DNA from: Tubiluchus corallicola
Lineage: Eukaryota > Animalia > Priapulida
NCBI GenBank assembly: GCA_030141605.1
Contig: JAQGDQ010001643.1
Span: 1-31,136 of the forward strand
DNA: 31,136 nucleotides
Direction of reading: 5' to 3'
Part shown: positions 11,349 to 21,635 of the stretch, piece after piece
Position numbering within the stretch: the first letter of the stretch is position 1
Layout of the letters: the number at the start of each line of letters is the position of its first letter
Notes under the pieces: model-generated
Seen by the model: only the letters and a program-made list of their open reading frames with translations
What the model was told of the DNA's origin: nothing
Databases searched by the model: none
Program-made: the position numbers and the translations under genes

Positions 11349-11947
11349 ACAGTTAGTTGAAACTGTATTTCTGTATAACTTTGAGTTCTGGACATTAAAA
11401 GCAAATCATAAAGCTGAAATCGGTGCGTTTCAAAGGCGAAATTACAGAAACATTTTGGGTATTAGATGACCAAAGAAAATTTCAAACAAAGATCTATATG
11501 AAAAAATAAAAGAAGAACCTTGGACAAGAAAAATGAAAAGACGCCGTTTAAGATGGATTGAGCATATGCTTAGACTACCTGATGATGTTCCAGTGAAGAT
11601 AGCTCTTCAACAAGCCATAGAACCAGCTAAAAAACCTGCAGGAGGACAAATGTGAACAAATTTAGATTTTGCACAGAAAGATTTAAACACTTCAGCATTG
11701 ATCCTTAGAAATAAATCCACTTGGGGCATTGCAGGGAGTAGGGAGTCCTGGTATAGAGAGGTGAGCAGAATCATGTCCCTGGACGTATGATTCATTGGAT
11801 GATGATGATGATCTGGCATAGGGAGGTGAGCAGAATCATGTCCCTGGACATATGATTCATTGGATGATGATGATGATGATCTGGCATAGGGAGGTGAGCA
11901 GAATCATGTCCCTGGACGTGTGATTCATTGAAGAAGAAGAAGAAGAA
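11349..11947 (+). mobile_element. 5'-truncated RTE-like LINE with triplicated 3' end
   Basis: VETVFLYNFEFWTL...AFQRRNYRNILGIR*PKKISNKDLY...RRRLRWIEHMLRLP; (GAT)n/(GAA)n tails; TSD GGTAGAAGTTAT. Confidence 0.85.
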
Positions 11948-12156
11948 GGTAGAAGTTATGACGAACAATGATAATTTTAAAATACATGCAAAATAAATAC
12001 ATATAAGTACATATAAAATAAAATATGTGGTAAGCAATGATAATTGATAACGATAATGATAATGTCTAAGGCAAATTGCTTTTATTTTACAATTCTGCCT
12101 GCCCAATGTCTACAATAGACGTGATGGGCGTATGATGATGATGGTAGAAGTTATGC

Positions 12157-12550
12157 ATTGACACATTTCATAGAAGTCTTCTAAGGAAAGTTTTAAAGAT
12201 AAGTTGGCCCATAATCAAAAATGAAGATTTATATACCAGAACTAAAATTTCTTTTAGTTCAAAAGTCAAGATCCGAAGATTAAGATGGCTAGGACATCTT
12301 CTAAGATTACCAAGTAAGAATCGCCTTAAATGAAGCCTTAAAACCTTGCAAAAAACCACCTGGTAAACCAAAAACAACTTTCATAGCTAAGATAAATAAA
12401 TATGTTCAACAACTTCAAGCAAATCTATCTTCGGGAGTAGAAGAACTTACGCTGTTAGGTGCAGATAGAAGTGGGTGTAATACTCTGAAAAAATGTTGAT
12501 GCCTCAATGCCTACAATAGGTGGAATGAGATTTTGAAGAAGAAGAAGAAA
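12157..12550 (+). mobile_element. Second 5'-truncated RTE-like LINE
   Basis: IDTFHRSLLRKVLKISWPIIKNEDLY...RRLRWLGHLLRLP; (GAA)n tail. Confidence 0.8.
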
Positions 12551-12760
12551 GGAATCTGTTCGAATTCTTATCTAACCTGATGCTCATTTAATAAACGTTT
12601 CTTTTAGTATTTACTAATTAATGAAATTTTACGGACGTTACATTTATAATCTTGAAATTAAGATTTTAAATATCTAACGAATTCCACGTGTTTGTTTAGT
12701 TTTGTTTGTGCACGAAGCAGTAAAAACTAGTCAATATTGTTCACCTTATGATCGCCTCAC

Positions 12761-12864
12761 CTGTAAACATGAAACACATTGATCATGTCCTATAAACTGT
12801 CTTTGCATCACGGCTGATTTAGCATCAAACGCGCGGACAATTTTGTCCCCACAAGACGTGAAAA
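12761..12864 (-). CDS. WDR86: WDR86-like alternative exon 6a (VFTSCGDKIVRAFDAKSAVMQRQFIGHDQCVSCLQ)
   Basis: TTACAG acceptor, GTGAGG donor, 104 nt, phase 1/0, open frame. Paralogous to 9770-9873. Not in the ORF track. Confidence 0.82.
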
Positions 12865-13034
12865 CTGTAACGATACGTAGGTGTTTATGACAATAACATC
12901 TGTAAGAGACGCTTTACAAAATTCAGCGTCAGTGCGTCTTTTTCTCAGGTTTTCAACTTCTTTGTGTTATCTCTGTTAAAATGTCTAAAAAATTCACACA
13001 TATTTGTTCTTTGTCTGAGTATCAGAGCTTTTTC

Positions 13035-13070
13035 TATAATAATAATAATAATAATATAATAATGATGATG

Positions 13071-13122
<52 letters not shown>

Positions 13123-13155
13123 TGATACAACAACAATAATAATAATAACAATGAT

Positions 13156-13193
<38 letters not shown>

Positions 13194-13220
13194 AATAATA
13201 ATAATAATAATAATAATAAC
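13035..13220. repeat. Compound (AAT)/(GAT)/(AAC) microsatellite
   Basis: Directly visible. Confidence 0.95.
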
Positions 13221-13329
13221 CCAAACCTTCTTTTCTGTTTTGTTCAAACAGAAGGGCTTTTATTTATATGATTTACCACATTTAATCAAGGAAAGAGGTT
13301 TAATAAAAAAATAATAAATCTCTTTGCCC

Positions 13330-13572
<243 letters not shown>

Positions 13573-13749
13573 CTCCACTTCCCCCTCCCTCTCTTTTTCT
13601 CTTTCTCCTCAGCAGATTTTTTCGTTTCATTCATCTTTATCCTCTTTCCCATGCATTCCTGCTCATTTCTCTTTCACAGTTTCTTTATTGCTGGCGCTCA
13701 GTTCTTTCCGTTTGTCCATCTCCAGAAATCAGCATACACATATACCTAC

Positions 13750-13885
13750 CTAGACCATTGCTGACTCTTAAACTTGTTACACTGTGATTATGTCCTCTAT
13801 AAATCCGCGTGCAATCTCCAAATTCTGTCACCCATGCTCTGCCAGTGTGATCCGAACTTCCCGTGTACATCAACTTACCAACGAT
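13750..13885 (-). CDS. WDR86: WDR86-like exon 5 ([45 protein letters not shown])
   Basis: TTCTACAG acceptor, GTAGGT donor, 136 nt, phase 0/1. Confidence 0.9.
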
Positions 13886-14284
13886 CTGTAGAAAATTAGT
13901 GTATATTAACTACTTTTTGATAAAATTGAAATACTCTGGCATTTTCCGGAGCAATTGTAATTGTAATTGTAATTTATTATCACTTCAGCATGTATTTTTA
14001 CATTACAATTTGTATTATTATCTTTAACTATTATGCCCTATAACTAGAAAATGAAATATAGTTACAATAATTGTAACAGAACTACATTAGTATACTATAG
14101 CATGATATAGTTAGTAAAAAAATTCCAAATATAATTACAAAAATTTAACAAAAGTGTACCAACATAGTTACTAAACTACATAATAGTTTGTCAACAAGAA
14201 ATAGATGCTGCATGGTGGTCAAGAAGCAAAGCTTGTAAGACCAACATGAAAAGTGAAAAAAACGACTTAATTTACAAGAGAGAG

Positions 14285-14483
14285 AATTTTCGCTTGGAAA
14301 ACTGCTGACGCAAAGCCATTGTTCTGACGTCATCCATTATACTCTGCCTATAATCCTATAGCTTTAATTCAGTAAAAGCTGCTACTGCTGGCTTTGCGTT
14401 ATAAATGAGGACTATGTAGGATGTTCGCGTATTTTTGATTATACGTTATTTATACGCAGAATTTTTTGCGAGGCCTTTGCTAG
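14285..14483 (+). mobile_element. Helitron-like 3' end, copy 2
   Basis: Homology to 5290-5489 stops exactly at CTAG. Confidence 0.6.
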
Positions 14484-14578
14484 CGTATAATTAATGCATT
14501 AAAAATTGTTTGGAATGTGTCACGGTGTCCTTTATATGTGCTTGCTTACAATAACTTTAGAACCTAGCTACGCCCCTG
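14481..14578 (-). mobile_element. Truncated left end of a family C MITE
   Basis: Reverse complement of about 7903-8004; abuts the Helitron-like CTAG end. Confidence 0.65.
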
Positions 14579-14740
14579 GCAATAAGTAATTTATTACGCT
14601 ACTTCATCGACCTTCAAATAACGAATGAAATTTCATTTTCAAAATGGCTGACATGGCTTCACAAATGATTTTGTTCTACGATTAAAATTGTTCATTTTGA
14701 TATACTGTGGTTAGTTTAACAGTTTACGTGCCATTGAATC

Positions 14741-15436
14741 GTTTAAGTTTTTTGCCAGAGAAATTTACTCCTCAGAAAAAAATTATCAGAAAAGATTTTC
14801 CCAGAATTACCATTTCCCAGAATGTTTACCCAGAACCGTCATTTCATAGAAAATAAAAGTCAGGGAAAATGTAATAAATCCTTTTTAAAGCACAATGCTG
14901 TATTATGTAATAAAAAGTAGTTTGTTTTGCAGTAGTTTGTTTTACTAAGTTTACTAAGTAGTTTGTAACTTATATAGAGAAATGGGGAGAGGTAAAGGAA
15001 GAAATAGGAATAGAGCAAAAGGGAAAAGAGTGAGAGAGAAAGAGAGAGAAAGAGAGAGAGAATAGGAGAATACGGGCCTGATAAGAGAAATGGAGAGAAA
15101 TACAAGAAGAAAGAGAAATAGAGAGAGAAGGAAAGAGACAGAAAGGGAGATAGACAAAAAGGAGAGAAAGAGAGAGAGAGAAGATAAGAGTGGTAGAAGG
15201 GTAAAGAGGGAGGTGTAAGCACTAAACAGAGAAAGAGAAAGAAAATTTTATCTTACTAAAATAGCGGGTTAAAAACGTACCCGTGTTTTTTCTGTTAAAA
15301 ATCTTTCTGGGAAATGTTTTTTCTGTGAAACGAGTAATCTAGGAAAAATATTTTCTGGGAAATTGCTTTTCTGGAAAGTTATTTTTCTGGGAAGTAGTTT
15401 TTCTCTGAAAAAATTATGGGAAATGGGCCTAAACCC
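14741..15436. mobile_element. Degenerate foldback-type TIR element with AG-rich centre
   Basis: TTTCCCAGAA motifs on the left, TTCTGGGAAA on the right; flanks ATTGAATC/TTTGAATC as a possible TSD. Confidence 0.5.
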
Positions 15437-15551
15437 TTTGAATCTGTCCGTGAGAGTGGCTTCTTAATCGTTCGTCTTCGCTTATGACTACCTGTCTGGC
15501 TGGCTAAGTAATTAAGGTATAAAAGTAATAAAATATTCATCAGATGTAGGT

Positions 15552-16890
15552 GTGGCAGTAAACCTAGCAAGCCTGCTGTATATAGGCTAGTCTGATTCGT
15601 GGCAGCAAAGCCCAGCAAGCCTGCTGTATATAGGCTAGTCTGGTTCGTGGCAGCAAAACCCAGCAAGCCTGCTGTATATAGGCTAGTCTGATTCGTGGCA
15701 GCAAAACCCAGCAAGCCTGCTGTATATAGGCTAGTCTGGTTCATGGCAGCAAAGCCCAGCAAGCCTGCTGTATATAGGCTAGTCTTGTTCGTGGCAGCAA
15801 AACCCAGCAAGCCTGCTGTATATAGGCTAGTCTGGTTCGTGGCAGCAAAGCCCAGCAAGCCTGCTGTATATAGGCTAGTCTGGTTCGTGGCAGCAAAACC
15901 CAGCAAGCCTGCTGTATATAGGCTAGTCTGATTCGTGGCAGCAAAACCCAGCAAGCCTGCTGTATATAGGCTAGTCTGGTTCATGGCAGCAAAGCCCAGC
16001 AACCCTGCTGTATATAGGCTAGTCTTGTTCGTGGCAGCAAAACCCAGCAAGCCTGCTGTATATAGGCTAGTCTGGTTCATGGCAGCAAAGCCCAGCAAGC
16101 CTGCTGTATATAGGCTAGTCTGGTTCGTGGCAGCAAAACCCAGCAAGCCTGCTGTATATAAGCTAGTCTGATTCGTGGCAGCAAAACCCAGCAAGCCTGC
16201 TGTATATAGGCTAGTCTGGTTCATGGCAGCAAAGCCCAGCAACCCTGCTGTATATAGGCTAGTCTGGTTCGTGGCAGCAAAGCCCAGCAAGCCTGCTGTA
16301 TATAGGCTAGTCTGGTTCGTGGCAGCAAAGCCCAGCAAGCCTGCTGTATATAGGCTAGTCTGGTTCGTGGCAGCAAAACCCAGCAAGCCTGCTGTATATA
16401 AGCTAGTCTGATTCGTGGCAGCAAAACCCAGCAAGCCTGCTGTATATAGGCTAGTCTGGTTCCTGGCAGCAAAGCCCAGCAACCCTGCTGTATATAGGCT
16501 AGTCTGGTTCGTGGCAGTAAACCTAGCAAGCCTGCTGTATATAGGCTAGTCTTGTTCGTGGCAGCAAAGCCCAGCAAGCCTGCTGTATATAGGCTAGTCT
16601 GGTTCGTGGCAGCAAAACCCAGCAAGCCTGCTGTATATAGGCTAGTTTGGTTCCTGGCAGCAAAGCCCAGCAAGCCTGCTGTATATAGGTTAGTTTGGTT
16701 CGTGGCAGCAAAACCCAGCAAGCCTGCTGTTTATAGGCTAGTCTGGTTCTTGGCAACAAAGCCCAGCAAGCCTGCTGTATATAGGCTAGTCTGGTTCGTG
16801 ACAGCAAAGCCCAGCAAGCCTGCTGTATATAGGCTAGTTTGGTTCGTGGCAGCAAAGCCCAGCAAGCCTGCTGTATATAGGCTAGTCTGG
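15552..16890. repeat. 48-bp minisatellite, about 28 units, with a 240-bp higher-order period
   Basis: Unit GTGGCAGCAAAGCCCAGCAAGCCTGCTGTATATAGGCTAGTCTGGTTC; the TGATTC variant recurs every 5 units. Confidence 0.95.
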
Positions 16891-16892
16891 AC

Positions 16893-17492
16893 CAGGGGCG
16901 TTGTGCACCAAAAAAAATTAGGGGGGGGCTGTATATAATGGCCGAACTTTACTGTTTAAAAAACGTATAATTTTGAATTCCCACACCAGTATTTTGCGTG
17001 CAAGAAAAACGATTTATTTAATCCCAACTGGCATTTAACTTAAAGCTATAGCTACAGAAATTTAATTGAAATTAAAAATTACTTGACTGTTGATAATGAC
17101 TAAATTTTTTCTCAGTGTAAGGAGACACACCACAATTTAATCAGAGAGAATCGGCTTTCTAATCCAGCCAACACTGTAAGCGTTTATATAGGAAAGGGGG
17201 AAGCAATACCATTGGTCCAGTGCAAGGGGCCAATGCCCAATTACCTAGCGGCATAGCCACGAGAGCAGTGGATAATCAATGCAACAATTAGACATTAGAT
17301 TCAATCAATAATCATACCTATGTGTATATATAATCGCATATCATGCCTACAGTGGAAGATTTCACATTTCCTCAAAATTTTACACCTTGTTGGTCTCATT
17401 ACAAGCCGTTGAAAACCTTAAAATTTTTGACATTTTATAAACAATTGGGGGGCCCAGGCCCCCTCCCGGGCCCCCATAGCACGACGCCACTG
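16893..17492 (+). mobile_element. hAT-like MITE inserted in the last unit of the 48-bp minisatellite
   Basis: TIR CAGGGGCGTTGTGC/GCACGACGCCACTG; AGTCTGG duplicated on both sides. Confidence 0.75.
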
Positions 17493-17887
17493 AGTCTGGT
17501 TCGTGCATTATGAAACAATAGTGGAGGACAAAGGCCTCGAGCATAAGGAAGGAAGTCACACAAGGGAGGGTAGAAGGAATTTGCCCTGAAACTTGTTTCT
17601 TGCCACTGAAAATGTATACTTTCTACCAGACCTGAAATGGGGTAGTATAATCATCCTGTCTTCCTTTCACAATAAGCCACGACCAAACACTGCTAATTGT
17701 TAAAGTAAAAGACCGGATGTGCTCATTCCTGCGGGATACACTAAGCAGAACATTAATTATCAGTAGCTCCCAATGATGACAAATTCTAGATCAAAACTAG
17801 CAAAAGACTGAGAGATCAAAGTTGGTCTATCTTAAAGAGCAAAGACCTCACAAGTCAACAATTTCCTAAAAGCTTTTCTTAACTTAC

Positions 17888-18042
17888 CTGCATACACACA
17901 ATGCCAGCTTGGTGTCCTTTAAATACTTGTAGTTCATCACCTTTTATTATGTCCCAACTTCTTACTGTGGCATCCGAGCTGCCAGTAAATAATGTTCTCC
18001 CAGTGGGATCAGTTCCCATGCACATGATTGGTCCATCATGAC
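17888..18042 (-). CDS. WDR86: WDR86-like exon 4 (HDGPIMCMGTDPTGRTLFTGSSDATVRSWDIIKGDELQVFKGHQAGIVCMQ)
   Basis: TTCTTAG acceptor, GTAAGT donor, 155 nt, phase 1/0. Not in the ORF track; translated by hand. Confidence 0.9.
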
Positions 18043-18501
18043 CTAAGAAATAATGAAAGGTCAGTTCTCATGCAAGTGATTGGTCCATCGTGACCTAAGA
18101 AATAGTGAGAGGTCAATGCAAATGTACATGATTGGTCCACCGTGGTCTAGGAAATACTGAAAGGTCAGTTCCCATGCACATGATTGGTCCATCGTGACGT
18201 AAGAAATAATGAAAGGTCAGTTCTCATGCAAGTGATTGGTCCATCGTGACCTAAGAAATAGTGAAACGTCACTTCAAATGTACATGATTGGTCCACCGTG
18301 ATCTAGGAAATACTGAAAGGTCAGTTCCCATTCACATGATTGGTCCATCGTGACCTAAGAAATGGTGAAAGGTCAATTCTCATGCAAGTGATTGGTCTAT
18401 CGTGACCTAAGAAATAGTGAAAGGTCAGCTTCCATGCTCATGATTGGTCCATTGGAATCTAAAAAATAGTAAAAGGTCAGTTCCCATGCGCATGATTGGT
18501 C
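18009..18501. repeat. 52-bp tandem repeat (about 9.5 units) spanning the exon-4 acceptor
   Basis: Units start at 18009, 18061, 18113 ... 18477; the first unit overlaps coding exon 4. Confidence 0.92.
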
Positions 18502-18512
18502 ATAATCACAGG

Positions 18513-18622
18513 AAGCACGGTGATAATGTGGTTATGACATCGGTTTTGTAAGCCAAAGGTACCCGGTTCAAAACCCAACTTTTTAAATTTCCTGTCTTTG
18601 GAATTTTGTATCAAAATTTAAC
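18513..18622 (+). mobile_element. Short tRNA-derived SINE or tRNA pseudogene insertion
   Basis: A-box-like GGTGATAATGTGGTTA, anticodon-like arm, B-box GGTTCAAAACC; TSD TAATCACAGG at 18503-18512 and 18623-18632. Confidence 0.65.
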
Positions 18623-19249
18623 TAATCACAGGTATCTTCTACTACTACTACTACTAATACTAATAATCTGAGCATTAAAATTGTAAATAATTGGTTGCGA
18701 CATGTAATAATTAAAGGAAAGGTCAAGCCTTCTTGGAGGTTAGAGTTATTTCAATATTCGTGAAGAATGTTAATAGGATTTACGAATATCAAACAGCAAA
18801 AAGCGACTCGTGTAAGCAGTAAAATCACTTTAAAGTCGCGATCACTTCATGCTTGGGTGATCCTATTTCTCAATGCCCATTCTCTTCCAATGACGTCATT
18901 CATTCTTCTTCCAATGACGTCATTCGTCTTGAAGAAAAGTAGCACACTGTCAATTTTCGTCAATAGTATAATAACTTTTTACAAAAAAAAATGGATAGCC
19001 AATTTTGTAATATTTTTGCCCTGAATATTATGTAAGCTGTAGAAGTTTGAATTAGTTTAAGCAGCACTCGTTTACGGAAAGTTACGACGCGCTTACGAAA
19101 AGTCACGAAGTCTCCCAGTTACGTCATGATTTTCAAGTGAATGGCGGCAACCACCCGCCTGAAAACTTCTATGCGGATTTTAAATTTTTACTTTATAGGC
19201 AGTTTTTTGCAAATTTCTTTGTTAAATTATTCTAAATTTATGAGATACA

Positions 19250-19640
19250 AGTAAAATAAACCCAACATGCTGAGTGACTTGCTCTTTCCTCTAGCACACC
19301 ACAAACAGTTTAAGTGATAACAGTAAAACAAACCCAACATACTGAGTGACTTGTTCTTTCCTCTAGCACACCACAAACAGTTTAAGTGACAACAGTAAAA
19401 TAAATCCCACATACTGAGTGACTTGTTCTTTCCTCTAGCACACCACAAACAGTTTAAGTGATAACAGTAAAATAAACCCAACATACTGAGTAACTTGTTC
19501 CTTCCTCTAGCACACCACAAACAGTTTAAGTGACAGCAGTAAAATAAACCCAACATACTGAGTGACTTGTTCTTTCCTCTAGCACACCACAAACAGTTTA
19601 AGTGATAACAGTAAAATAAACCCAACATACTGAGTAACTT
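19250..19640. repeat. 72-bp minisatellite, about 5.5 units
   Basis: CCCAACATACTGAGTGACTTGTTCTTTCCTCTAGCACACC recurs every 72 bp. Confidence 0.92.
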
Positions 19641-19675
19641 AGTCTTTTCTTTGAGCTAAAATCTAAAATCTTTAC

Positions 19676-19921
19676 CTTTAAACGTCCTGATGCATCTGGC
19701 GGTCTCAAAGGACCAAAGTTTAGCTGTTTTGTCGGCAGAACCGGTCACTAAGAAATCCTGATTGTTCTCATAGTCATCAACGTCATTATCCTCATCCATG
19801 GGTATGAACACCAACGGGTACACGCCCAGGGTGTGGCCTCTGAACACCCTCAGACATATCCCAGAATCAAAGTCCCAACATCGTGCGCTGCGATCGTAAG
19901 AAGAACTGAATACAAAGTCAC
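19676..19921 (-). CDS. WDR86: WDR86-like exon 3 (DFVFSSSYDRSARCWD...LVTGSADKTAKLWSFETARCIRTFK-G)
   Basis: TTTTTAG acceptor, GTAAAG donor, 246 nt, phase 1/1. FSSSYDRxAR is the motif I recall from WDR86. Confidence 0.92.
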
Positions 19922-19948
19922 CTAAAAATATAAAAATTAAATAATCAC

Positions 19949-20039
<91 letters not shown>
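19949..20039. repeat. (ATT)n microsatellite in intron 2
   Basis: About 30 triplets. Confidence 0.95.
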
Positions 20040-20041
<2 letters not shown>

Positions 20042-20059
20042 CCTTCACACTGTATTTAC

Positions 20060-20287
20060 CTGTAGAAAGTATACGATTCACAAGCGAGTTATGACCACTA
20101 AAAATGAGGACTCGTTCACAAGTGCTAATATCCCATTTCATGATAGTTTTGTCAGCACTTCCGGTCAAAACGAAGTTTTCCTCGATGCAAATGCAGATGA
20201 TGTAAGCTTCATGACCTCGTAGGACACCAATACTATCAACTCTAGGAGTACGTGTTGTCCATAGCCTTGCTGTGCCGTCTTCACTAC
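20060..20287 (-). CDS. WDR86: WDR86-like exon 2 (SEDGTARLW...GHEAYII...GHNSLVNRILST-G)
   Basis: TTTCAG acceptor, GTAAAT donor, 228 nt, phase 1/1, GH...WD motifs. Confidence 0.9.
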
Positions 20288-20838
20288 CTGAAATGCAGAT
20301 GCAAATGATATATGCAGATCCAGATGCAGCTATATGTATTAACTATAAATTTATGTATGTGCAGTATTCAAGCTGTGAATTTTTACAACCTCATGATCTA
20401 AACAATTTGTTGTGTAAGATTGTAAGGATCCAGCTTAAAGATTTTTCATAATAAGAGCGAATTCGAATCGAATCGAATTCAGTTTTAAAGATTTTCGAAC
20501 TGATTTTCGAATCATTAATAAAATGAAACCTCACAAAGATCGTGCATATTACTCGATTTTGTTCTGCTGTAAAACCACTAAAAGTTTGTTTAAAAATTGA
20601 GCACAGAAATCACAACTAAATTGTGCTGACTGCCTGATCTTTCAAACGTTTCAATGACAAAGAACACGCATAGTTGAAGTGATGAATTATTCGAATCTAT
20701 AACTTTAGCTTTGAACCAAATTCGAACTGAAATCTCGTTCGAATTGTGAACGTGGACGTTCGAATTCGATGCAAACGTTCAATGCTGACCCCTAGTTTAA
20801 AACTGAAAGATTTTACATTTCTAAAGCATGGTACACAC

Positions 20839-20986
20839 CAGTAACAAGTATGGAGCCGTCATCGCTGAGAGACATGCAATTTATCGCGTCATCGTGCTCG
20901 TCACAGATCTGCTGCACATAAGTTTTCTTCTTTTTCTTCGACTTTGAATCGCCGTTCTCCTTTTTCTTAGAAGATCCGCTTCCCAT
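20839..20986 (-). CDS. WDR86: WDR86-like WD40 protein, coding exon 1 (MGSGSSKKKENGDSKSKKKKKTYVQQICDEHDDAINCMSLSDDGSILVT-G)
   Basis: ATG at 20986; 148 nt, GT donor, phase 1. The spliced join gives ILVTGSEDGTARLW, matching the WDR86 N-terminal repeat as I recall it (LLTGSEDGTARLW). Confidence 0.88.
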
Positions 20987-21635
20987 GACCTTCTCCAAAA
21001 GCCTGGCCAGTTTGACTGTTAAGCAACCTACACTCACCACCCTTAATTAAAAACCGTTAATTAGTAATTAACACCTTCGTCCTTCTAAACAGACATCCAT
21101 TACGCGTTGAATTGTGAGGTGGTTTCATTATTTTGACTCAACGAATCGAATCGAACCATGTTCACGTTCACTTATGAATGAAAGCCAGCTTGCATTGTAA
21201 CTTTGTCTGCTGTTAATAACGGATAGGATTAATATGACAACTGTTACTACCACGTGGGAAGACACAAAACATGATCGTATCGATAATCAATAACACAATC
21301 TTTCGGAAATGGTGTAACATAGGTGAAGGTTGCACATGCGCACAGCAAATTCTTGAAAGATTGGCATTTTTTCAACTAAACATGCGATAACTATTAAGTG
21401 TTTGTTTGTTGTTTGCTTGTTTACGTTTGTCGAATGTTGTTATACAAGCTGTATGGAGTGAGACAGTCAGCATTTTCACTGAAGCCCAGTAGCCGTTACC
21501 TCGTGAATTATAAATGAAGGAAACTATTGTTCGCCATGTTACGTGAGCTCAGTGAACCGAGATAATGAATAGCTGTAGCTATGAACATTAATAAAACAAA
21601 CCTACTTTCGATCACTTGTGCTTTAAAATGATAAA

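Noticed and set aside
15552-16890. CRISPR-like array (also considered for the other arrays)
   Set aside because: No unique spacers; pure tandem units in a eukaryotic intron.
15379-16938. 367-aa and overlapping repetitive ORFs
   Set aside because: 48-bp minisatellite open in several frames on both strands; intronic.
18513-18585. Functional tRNA gene
   Set aside because: Acceptor stem does not pair, the boxes are degenerate, and the TSD indicates a SINE-like insertion.
19227-19628. 133-aa Cys-rich repeat ORF; likewise 22595-22985 and 27401-27586
   Set aside because: 72-bp and 27-bp minisatellite translations.
20423-20795. TTCGAA/GAATC-rich segment as a heat-shock element or an inverted repeat around exon 1 (with 21142-21170)
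   Set aside because: More likely a decayed hAT-like MITE with TTCGAA subterminal motifs; ends and TSD could not be established.
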